Part shown: piece by piece, positions 23,085-33,596 of the stretch
Layout of the letters: every line of letters starts with the position of its first letter
Position numbering within the stretch: the stretch's first letter is position 1
Assembly: GCA_013115145.1 (NCBI GenBank)
Contig: JAAPAO010000344.1
Coordinates: 1 to 37,599 of the forward strand
Direction: 5' to 3'
Source: Perkinsus chesapeaki ATCC PRA-425
Taxonomy: Eukaryota > Protista > Perkinsozoa
Length of the DNA stretch: 37,599 nt
The notes under the pieces: model-generated
Databases searched by the model: none
The model's input: the letters and a program-made list of their open reading frames with translations, nothing else
What the model was told of the DNA's origin: nothing
Program-made: the position numbers and the translations under genes

Positions 23085-23670
23085 TCATATAGAAGTCCGA
23101 CAACATAGCGATAAACGACATTTCGTAGTTGCGGTCCATACTGGGAGCCTAAGTACGCGGGAAGCGCGACCTTCGATCATGCTGGCTATCTTGCCCAGGT
23201 TATGGTCCACTTCAGTGAGGACCTCGCGGAGAGCATCGCCTGAGTGTGTGTCTCTGTCTTTCTGGCCCCACTTGGTATTCTCAGACTTCCCAGCGTCGAG
23301 CAGGGCCCTCTCCCCAGAAATGGCTCCTCTATCCCATTCGGCACGGAAGTCTTCCGGATAAAACCAGTGCTGAACATAGGGGCGTGCGTCAGAGCGTAGA
23401 CAAGCTCGTTTGACACGCCCTTGGTTTTCCTTACGGAGGCTTAGAGACCACGCGGCGTGGAACAAGTAACCGCGTAGATTCTGATTATCGAGCTCGAACA
23501 CGTCAGAGACAGCGTTTCGGAGGCCCTTCTCGAAGTCTGTCATGACACGCTGTACATGGAACTCTCATCTGCGAGCTAGAATGACACGTTTCAACTCGCG
23601 AAGTCTTCGCGAGAACGAACCGGTAAGTCCTCTCTTGCTTGTCAGGTAGAATAGCCTATGCAAGGGGGAG
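23085..23670 (-). mobile_element. Mutator-like (MULE) transposase pseudogene fragment
   Basis: LPLA*AILPDKQERTYRFVLAK / frameshift / LRELKRVILARR*EFHVQRVMTDFEKGLRNAVSDVF....LRGYLFHAAWSL matches the MULE core (P..yalLP.K...TY; tDFE.al.nAv..vF; gC.FH). Stops and a frameshift are present. Confidence 0.8.
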
Positions 23671-24382
23671 TGAGGATCATATCGTACAGTGCAAGCTCGC
23701 AGAGTCACTCTGTCAGAGTGCCTATTCGTGTAGCCCTTATCCGTACAGCTGCAACACATAGTTTTGAGCAAATACTTCAAATACTTCCAACTTTGCATTG
23801 CAATTTTGCAATACTTCCTGTTCGCGAAGAAGCCACAAATGGACTTCGAGGACATATTCGTTGGCAAAATACTAGGATTATTAGTAGAATTCGAGCTCGC
23901 ATAGTTTTGCTCGCAATACCGAAAGACTAAATCTCCTCATTTTTTGCCATATCTTCAATCCTCTAGGGTTGAAGTGTGATAAACTTAGCAATATCAGCTG
24001 GCATCTTATCCAGGAAGTCCATGGATTTCTGGTTTGCATCAAGGGTGGCACCTACATCTTTTTGTTGTTGGTCAAGTAAGAGCCATTCTGCATAGAAGTC
24101 TTGAAACTCGATAACATTAGGCTGCGATTTCAGCTTGAGCCCTTTAAGTTTGCTCAACAGATCGCCTTTGCGGACCGTCTCGGACTTTTCATAAACACTT
24201 CTAAGATGCTTCTTCAACCCAGACAGTGATACTTTCATTAGCTATTAGCTTGGTCCCTCGAAAGTAAACATCAGTAATCTTACATGCGGAGCCCTTCATA
24301 GATTGTCGTCGTGCCTTGTACCAGTTTGACCGCGTACGAGTTCAACCCTGTTCCAGCTTGCACTGTACGATATAATACTCAC
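23670..24382. repeat. Inverted-repeat pair (19 bp perfect, about 28 bp with 2 mismatches) bounding a segment of about 710 bp
   Basis: ATATCGTACAGTGCAAGCT (23679-23697) is the exact reverse complement of AGCTTGCACTGTACGATAT (24355-24373). Similarity extends outward to 23670/24382, not inward; no TSD found. Confidence 0.75.
23963..24238 (-). mobile_element. Retrotransposon gag-like fragment (copia/UBN2-like)
   Basis: LKKHLRSVYEKSETVRKGDLLSKLKGLKL..NVIEFQDFYAEWLLL.QQ.KDVGATLD......FLDKMP follows the helical gag pattern; no pol domains seen. Confidence 0.55.
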
Positions 24383-24838
24383 CCCGTAAGGGGTACGAAC
24401 TTACTTTCGAAAGAATAGATATCCGATCTCAGGTGAATAGTTTGAGCGAATGCCGGTGGCTCGCTTGGTCATAGCTTGAACTGCTACACGGCTTTATGAA
24501 GGCCCTACAATTACTTCTAGTAATACTATAGTATACTAGTAATTTACTGGTATACTTTCTATCAATGGAGGTAGTTGTCAGAGTCGACATGCTCGTGGTG
24601 GTCACTTGGCCTAATCACCTGGCTATTTTTGAGGAGGACTCAGCGCTTCGGGCATTGTTCGGCTTGCGCTGAGTCACAGATCGCTATCACAACTGGTGAT
24701 TCACTGGCTCACGGTTACCGTGAGGCTCACGGTAACCGTAAAGCTCACGGCGTGAGCTTCACATGGCACGCTCTACGCTTCATCTGGATTCCATGAAGCG
24801 GATGAGGTCTTTACTACTAGCTGGAAATGAAGGCCATC

Positions 24839-24860
24839 CAATAGCGGCTATTGAATAGCC
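24839..24860. repeat. Perfect 22-bp double palindrome, T=CAATAGCC
   Basis: c-aatagc-g-gctatt-g-aatagc-c. Confidence 0.9.
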
Positions 24861-25523
24861 TGATGATAAACTCACTATACTAGCCGATGGCCCGGACCAG
24901 TTCCTCACTCGAGTACCTCACCTAGTGTGGTCACAGTCCAAGGGCTTCCCCAAGTTTGATGACAACTGTCTCCCAAAGTTAAAGTTAGGGCTCGTGATTT
25001 GTCACGGCAGAGCTTCTTATAGGTAGTCCCACCAGACAAGAGTCATATAAGCTTACTGTTGGCTGTCGATCAGTTTTACTCATTCACCGTTTTTGAAATT
25101 CAGGGAGCAAACATGGTTATAGAGTCATTCGAGCGAACTCTCGTGGCTTTGCGTGGCACGATGACCTCCCACGTTCTGGGTACGTACATGTTCAGTTGCA
25201 GAGTTCATCAAAAACGGAAATTGCGTGCGCATAAATTACCGTGAAATCCCCATGACGCAGAGGTTGGGAGTGTGAACACTGTAAACACAACGTATAACAG
25301 TGTAGCACAACGTAAGTGCTTACTCTCTGCCAAAGCTATTCAGTAGGGCACTCGGGTCTGCCCGACCTCACGTCTAACACTGACAAGGTCAGCGGACCCG
25401 AATGTCCTACCTCCACTGGAGGTAGGACATGGCATGTCCAGGGGATGCGGAGCGCTGGCTTCAACTCGCATTTACTTAATCACGTTCCACATCCAAACAA
25501 TCTCCGACAATCTTCATTACTAG

Positions 25524-25545
25524 CTTGAACGGTTCAAGTTGAACC
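25524..25545. repeat. Perfect 22-bp double palindrome, T=CTTGAACC
   Basis: c-ttgaac-g-gttcaa-g-ttgaac-c. Confidence 0.9.
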
Positions 25546-25780
25546 ACTATATTCAACGTATGATTCAATTGACGTAGCGCGCCATTTTATGGCGCATCGA
25601 AAAATCTCTGCTTAGTAATATTACTCACGCTGATCTACTTCCAGTTGATCGCTACCATGAAAATCTCTCGAATTTCCGAAGATGCGCGGAAATTTCGGAG
25701 ATCACTGGAATACAGGTTAACGAAGTTTGTCCCTTTTACTTGAGGACGTCTCCCGATTGAGTTGGCACGCGCATTTACGA

Positions 25781-25802
25781 GTATGTACTACATACTATGT
25801 AG
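25781..25802. repeat. Perfect 22-bp double palindrome, T=GTATGTAG
   Basis: g-tatgta-c-tacata-c-tatgta-g. Confidence 0.9.
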
Positions 25803-26921
25803 CGTTTGAATCTTGATGGGCGAGCGAAATAGGTTTCATTGAGTCAATGAAACATATTTGAGTGAAGTTATTCGAGTTGTTAAAGTTGTTTTAGTTTATT
25901 TTCCCGTCCCGCCCTCCCTGGTGAAGCGTCTCTCCAACTCGCATAATGTCGTCAACATTATGTTCTCCGGAATCGATAGTACTTCAGCGCGAGTCGGAGA
26001 AAATAAGAATAAATATAAACATGATCTTCTAAATAAATTCAAGCGCCGGATCGACATAATGTCGACGACGAGTCGTCGGTGTGCTGTCGCATTTGCGAAC
26101 CACGGCATGTAACCTAAATGATGGGATTCATGAAAATTCAGGGACTCAGCCGAATGGGATTCGCAAAGCAGGAATGCCCATGATGCACATTTATACATGT
26201 AGAGTCTACATGGTAGACACGAAGGAGCACTTAGATTATGTACTGAATGTCTACAAAATGTATACATAACCGTTTTGTCCATTGCCTATGGGAACCTGAC
26301 GGACGATGTATTTGTGATGAAGGGTTTTGATATAAGCCTCAAAACATTGTGAATCTGACGTACTGCTCCGATATTCTGGAGCTCTGGAGTACACTACTCG
26401 ACGCTGGGAACCGTCCGCACACTTCATCGCTCCACCAGGAACACGGGCATCGCATGAATTCACACAGGATTCTTTGAAGATGTTGTCGGCTCTACGTGTC
26501 GCGAAGTAATCTAGGATTAGTACTATAATTCCAACCGAAGGTTGCCCTGGGGTTTTCGTGTCGTTTTCAGTCATTGGAGGTTGGGAAAACTCCTACCCAG
26601 CCAGATAATGCTTAGTAGGCATGGTAATACTCGCCAACTGGGATGGTTGGATTTGTGCACACAAAATCAGGCTTCTCCACTCTACATAAAACTAAGTCGA
26701 ACTCGGCATGGAGTGCCTCTCTTTGCACACTGCAGGCCACTGAGCTCAATGCATTCACTCTCTGATGACAACATAACCACTGTCATTGTTAGAAACCGTT
26801 TCCATTTATAATAATGGTTATGCTAGATACTCATACAGTGATCTAATGGAACGAACTGAATGTTTGGTATTTGTAACTTCTTTACTATATAAAAACGCTT
26901 TTAGAATATCATCTTATATTA

Positions 26922-29900
26922 TCACGCTTGAGCCTCATCGTCTTCGGCTTTACCGATATCAGCTTGAGTGAGACCAACAAGATAAAGAATTGTTGACAGA
27001 TCTTTATTGTTAACTCTGAAGTTGGCTTGCTCCTGAACCTTAGGTTTTGCGCAGAAGGCAACTCCCAAGCCAGCGGTAGTCAGCATAGGAATATCGTTTG
27101 CACCATCACCAACGGCGATTGCCTGAATTAAGCCTTTACTATACTTTGAGAAACTCACAGAAGCTTACCTGGTCCACACGGACACCTTCGACTCTAGCGA
27201 GCATTACCAAAAGATCACGCTTCCTCTGAGGGGTTACCACAGGCCCGACCTAACAGGAGTGATCGCAATAACAACAAGTCCAGAGATCGTACCGTCTTGC
27301 CGGTGAGAAGGCCGTTAGAGTCGATCTCAAGCTCATTAGCATAAGCATAGTCCAAACCCAACTCCCTCTTAGCATGCTGAGCAAAGGGAAGGAAACCGCC
27401 TGAGAGAAAGTATCAAGAATCTCGAAAGGTCTCCATTTCTTACCAGAAATAACAGCCATCTTGAAGCCCATCGCCTTGAGAGTTCTCGTAAGCTGCTTGG
27501 CACCCGGCATGAATTTCATCTGACTATCGACAGCGTGTATCATATATTTAGCCGAGGATCCCTTCAGTAATGCAACCTGCGAGGACAGCGGTGAAGCCGA
27601 AACTAGACGTGTCACAGCAGCACTTACTCTCTGCTTGAGACTCTCGAAGAAGTCGATTTCACCGTGCATTGCTCGAGAAGTGATGGCAGAGACTTCCTTA
27701 TCAACACCAGCGATTTTAGCGAGCTCGTCGATGACCTGAGAACCCGCCATTTCGAAAATAAGCAAGAAACCGAATCTGCTCACCTCGCCCTCGACCAGGG
27801 TGGAATCCATATCAAACACAACGAGACGACGGCACAGCCTTGCAATGTCATCCACCTGACAAGTTATTATCCAACACGATTGAGGGAGACAGGACTCACC
27901 TGTACAGCGCAATCGACACATCCGCTCTGGACACAGTCTGCGCCGAGCAACTTCTCACGTAATGAGGAACGCACTTCCTGAAAACCGACAACTTTCCTTA
28001 GTGACCGGATAGAATCGAAAAGAACTAGACCTGACCGTGCCCGGGGCGCTAGGAACAGGAGACCCGGGTGTGATGAGGGGAATGCTCACGCAGCGTACAT
28101 CGGTGGACATCTCAGTGTCGTTGGTGGTGAGAACGAACTGAAGGGCACTCATTGCTCCTTCGGACTCATCTAGTCTTCTGATAACAGAAATGTTCATGTT
28201 ATTTTCGGCTAGAATCTGCCACAATAATAATCTATAGAAGCGATTTAAAACTATTCACCTGCAGAATCGTGGCCAGTGCGCCGGCTTCAAGCGTGGGCTG
28301 CTCGACGAGGGTGACAAGTAGGGAAGGAACTAATAATAAAATAAGCATCGAGGAGCACTAGGAGCGCGCACCTTCATTCGATTCAGCCTGCTGAGGTGTT
28401 GGGTTCTTAAAATCACTGTATGACGGCAGAGACGGCAGGCTTTCCTGAGAAGATTAAAGCAGCTATACTACAACCTATGGCGAATGGAAACGACAGCGGC
28501 TTGAGCAACGGTATCGGCGAAAACACTAACTCACTACTGACTGGAAACGACGACCGGGTTGTCCTCAGGGCGACTTGGAAGGATCAAAGAGAACAGGTGA
28601 GCTCACCTGAGTCGAGTACTGCATATCCATACCGCGGCCGTGAGTTATAAAGAGGATATCCTTCAGGCAGTCATCTCGAGAAGTAGGCTGAGGAATGATT
28701 TATTTACAGACCTCGAAAGTGACTCACATCAGTAACATAAATCTTCATTCCCATACAGAACACACCGTGAAGGTTGTAAGTGACGATTTGACCGATACTG
28801 CTACCTGAAAGACGAGAAAAAACTAAACTGAATTTCCGTTAGATTTTTTGCTTAGGAGGGATGCAGCGCCTTAGACTTGAAAGCTGTCCTAATACGTGTT
28901 GTATTTAAGAGATACTCCAAATGTCGCAGAAAAGGGGCAAGAAAATGATACTTCTAACATGCGAACGGGTGCACATTTTCATTCATCGTAAAGTTCCGAA
29001 TAGCGGTGTTTAATTTATATTTCATCCCTACGGCGAGATAGCGGTATCAGTTATGTCTATCGTCGCGATAGCCGGTAACCCATCCAACGGATGCCACAAA
29101 GCACAAGCTGGGCTAGAAACCGACCTGTCTTCACCACAGGGCCGAGGAGGAGCTCCATTAGGCCGGGGGCATCTGGTCCGATAACTCTGATATCACAACG
29201 CTCAAGTGGTAGGTCCGGCGATACGCCAGGAAGGGGCTCCAGGTCCCAGACACTACGGGCGAGAGGATCGGTCAGGGTGGTACCTGAGACAAGATGTACG
29301 AAAAGTAGAACGACGACGAAGCGTGCAGGAGGAACCTTAAAAACTTGCTAGCAGAAATTGAACTGTTAGAATCACGATCGAAGTTGCAGATAGATGTAGA
29401 TCCAGAATTATGGCTCATCGACAAGGACTAATTATGACATACTCAGAGTACAGCGGAAGGTTCTGCTGACCAATGAGAAATTTCAAAGTATACACTAGTG
29501 TATACAGTGTCATACTAATGTGTCACACTAATGTTGACATTAGTGTCGCTATTTTTTCTCTTTGGCAGGTCTCCTTCAGTCAGGCCAGAAGAATAGCCAT
29601 ATAAGACTCAGGTACTTGTGGGAAAGTCGGTTGAGCCTCATCAAGCGAGTTGACAAGTTTATATTGAAACCAATCACGTATCAACCAACAGCATGACGGT
29701 AGCGACTCTCCGCCCCGGTAAGCGAGAACACCAAAAGGCGAAGTGGCACAGCTTACTTCTAACAAATGCAACATTCTCATCGCTTGTTGCATCATCCTGA
29801 CTAGCCTCAGGCACCGCGGTGGAGGTTGTAGGCGTGAGCTGTTCCTCGATGCTCGGGGTGGCCCAGGAATCATTCGGGCCGGTTTGGGAGAGTTCATCGA

Positions 29901-32900
29901 GCTCACGGACGTGGGTTTCAGAGTAACCCAACAGGTGAAGGAGAACGCGCATATCGCCTTGCTGTTTGGCATTGAAATGAATCTGAAATAATAAGGGAAA
30001 GCTTAACCGTGGAAACAGCGATAATAGAAGATCATATATGTAAGGAAATGCTACACGAACGCTAGTGATATAATTACTCAACATGTGCTATTGATATCAT
30101 TAATAAGAATCAAAGAAGAACCAACCGGTGTACGATAAGACGGAAGTATGGTATGAAAATGAATAAAAACTCCTAATGTGGAGATGTAAAAGTAATAGTA
30201 CCGATGCGGAGGACCCGGAGCAATACAGGTACGATGAGACGGAAGTATGGTATGAAAAGTAATTTCACGTTCAAAGCTTACCCTGTAGCCACACTGATCG
30301 AAGAGATAATCGGCATGAACGTAATCACCAACAACAATAACATTTTCTTGACTGATGTTTTCCCTATCAGCAATAAGCCTCATATAATCAACCTGAAGAC
30401 AAACGATGCACTATAAGAACCGAAATAATACCACGTCTTACTTTACGGAAGTTGTCCATGAGCGTGCCATGTTTTCCTGTAATTCTATCAGTTTTGGGAT
30501 CTACCTCAATCTCAGTGGCCAAGGCGTAATCTAGACCAAGCTCCGACTGAACATGCCTAAAACAGGTGCAATTGGGGGATTTAATAGCAGCTGTTGAGAA
30601 ATCCAAGCGCAACTATAATCGGATTTTCCCTCCGGGAAGATTCGAATTTCAGCGATGCAATAACTTCTCTACTGTGCGACAAATTTTTGCAAATACAGCG
30701 GAGCGAAGCAAATTCTTACCTGGCAATTGACTGGGAAGCGCTGGAAGTAATAAGTGCGAGCTTGAAGCCAAGATACCTGAGATTCACCGACTTTACCATG
30801 TCGCACAAAAACCAATGGTTACTTCAATGCTTGGCATACTTTCCTGGCACCCTTCGTCAAACGCAGCTGCGAAATAGTTCTGGTAATCACATCTCTCGGA
30901 GCACCTACAACAAACAGCAGCGCTCGCCCAGGTGATCGATGCCATTATTGTTGTACCTTCCAAGGCTGCAACCAGGCGATGGCTGGTCTCGTTGACAGAG
31001 AGCTTTTGCTTCTCGCATTCTGCGCGGATGCCGTCGTAGTCTTTACCGGCCTGAGGAAGGGGCAGGCAGAGAGGATTTAGACTCATCAGCACCCAAGATT
31101 CTAGTTCCGAAAAAATATGTATTTGTGGAACCTTCATCAACGTAAGACACCGACTACGGAACATTGCACTCAAACAACTGCCACTATTTTGATACAGAAA
31201 TAACATATTAATTATTAATATAGAGTACATCTCAAATTTCAATCAATACTATATATTAAAGAATAAATATAATTAACAATTTAGAAATATTTCCTAATAT
31301 TTAATTGATAATCGAAAAAATAGCAACTGGAATATTTCCACAGTATCTATCTTCACGAATGTTACTTTCGTCCCTACTAAATCCTCATATCTAGAGCTCT
31401 TCCACAAACGTCAACGGTGGGAAGGTGAAGCATAGCGCTGCTCCTAGAACTCAACACCAACCTCCATCGACAGTGTGGAGATGCAGGAACAAGAGCATTT
31501 GCTACCTTGTGATATCCCGAGAAACTCTGTCCACCAAAAGTGCCAAGTTATACACTACAGTATTAAACAGGGCTCCGCGAAGTGTGCATGAGCGCCCCCA
31601 TTTCACTAAATCAATTCTGGGATGCAGAATCGAGTCCAACATCTTATTTAGCGTGTAAAAAGCAGTTCTGGAATCGATTCTCAATTTCAAAATCGGCTTA
31701 CTGAACGACCCACGATTAATACAGTTGGAAATTTCCACGTAGTGTTGGGCAGGCGGAATAAAGGAAGATTCTTACTTCTTTTAGCAACGTCATCAATACA
31801 TCATTCGTGACTAGCACTTCTGATAGACCGAAAACAACTAATGACTTCGGCTTCGGCTTTGAGGGAGCTTCATAGGGCCTGCCAAATATAACAACATTAC
31901 ACAAAAATGCAAACATGAAACGCTTCGCTCCGCTTCTCTTACCTTACAACCACTTCAGCTCCAACCTTATGGCAGACCTCCTGCAGGAGAAGATATAGTC
32001 TTTGACGACTGCCAACTGGATGCGATGCCGCGTTATATATATCTGAGGAAATACTCTAACAAAATCGATCATGTGATCGATTACCATCTTTAATGGGGAA
32101 CTCTGCGCCGAAGTCTCCCGTTTGACGAACTCTCAATTGGAGCGAATGAACCCAGAGGGGAGCGTCCGGATTGAAGTGCATGACAGAGATGACGTTCCAG
32201 CCTTCGTGTGTGGCCTGAAAAGCGGGAAACATGTCTCATTCTGACAGCGGAGCGTAGCAGATCAACTTACGATAGCGCACACATTGAGTAACAATGAAGG
32301 GGGCAAGCATTCCACTACAGTACCCTTGGGAGGATGATAAACAACCTAACAACAGACATTCCAATATTTCTTTTTCTGACACCTCTAGCCATACCTGTAC
32401 GAGGCAATCGTCCGCAGCGTTGATATCGTCATCTCCCTCAAGCGAGGCTGGGCGTTCCTCACCGTCTTTGCCTTCTCTGGTTTCGTCGTGGAGTTGACGA
32501 ACACTTACAGAAACACCCATACGGTTGGCTGGTAGAAGAAGCTCCTTCGTCAAAGCAGCTACGTGCTCGTCGTCAACCTACGAAAACAACAGTCGTTGTG
32601 GAAGAAAGACGAAAAGTGAAAGAGTACAGAATTATTAGTATTAGTAATTCCTGTGCTAATATCGCATTAGAACGGTTTTCAAATATAGTAAAAATTGACA
32701 GTTTTTAGCGCTTTTGTATGAACTCTGGAGATGCGGGGAAACAGCCAATATATAACGGAGTAAAAATGTCAAGTACCGGACACAGAGCCAGTCATATCAC
32801 GCAGAGGGGCTGAAAAAGACCGGAGGAGAGATAACTCACCTTCACAAGCAGACTGAGCATCAACAATTCATCAATGCATATCTGGGAAATATCAAGCAGA

Positions 32901-33188
32901 GTGCTGTCCTTGAAGTCCGCAATAGTTTGACACATCAGATGGGAGATACCAGGCTGATCCTTTCCGCGAATACTGAACAAGTACAGGCTGCTACCCGAAA
33001 TGCCCATTTCAGCCTCCAAAGGGGCAGTCGGTGCCGGAGAAACTGATGGAAAAAGCGTAAAAACACTCGGCGTCCCACGTCTTACCACTAAGCGTGCTGT
33101 CGGCACTATCTCTGTGCGAACGAGATCTGCGGCGCTGCTGAGGACGAAGCTCCCAAGTATCAGTGGTTGTTGGTGTTGTTGAAGTCAT
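26922..33188 (-). CDS. serB: ACT-domain phosphoserine phosphatase (SerB), internally duplicated: ACT / degenerate HAD / ACT-ACT / active HAD
   Basis: ATG at 33188 (MTSTTPT). First ACT: LFSIRGKDQPGIS..LLDISQ. C-terminal HAD: RRLVVFDMDSTL, VIDELAK, AM.GEIDFFESLKQRV, MPGA..L, AVISGGF, LDYAYAN.LE and AVGDGANDIPML..AGLGVAFCAKP. Stop at 26922. Confidence 0.9.
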
Positions 33189-33596
33189 AATAATAATAGT
33201 AAACTGTACACAATGAAATGATAACGATATTCATGATCCGGAAAACGTTTGATTCTGAGAGCAACTTTTTCGAGGCAAAATTATGTCTTATTGGCTGTGG
33301 AAAACATGCCAATCTATGTTAAATATAGAGTGTCTGATATTCAGTGCATTAGGCTGCCTATCTGTAGAGTCCGTAATACCAACAGCTTCAGACACTTGCA
33401 TATTCAATAGGACGACGAATTCACAAATTTGTTAAGATAACAGAAATCCACTAAAACTAGCAGGAGTGAAGTGGGACGTTGGACCAAGTGTAAAACGCTA
33501 TAAGACCATACATCCTCATCAGTGAGCGGCGCAGCGCATAGAAGCTGAGCAACGAGTCGGAGGTGGCAACTCGACCACTTCACGGCCTGCCTGGGA

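Noticed and set aside
25896-26574. Minus-strand ORFs of 128 and 107 aa as a gene
   Set aside because: No recognisable domain or clear splice path, and the region carries several palindromic scars. A pseudogene cannot be excluded.
30130-30258. 30-bp direct repeat pair (30130-30159, 30229-30258) as element ends
   Set aside because: An ordinary local duplication within a SerB intron, with no TSD or internal coding.
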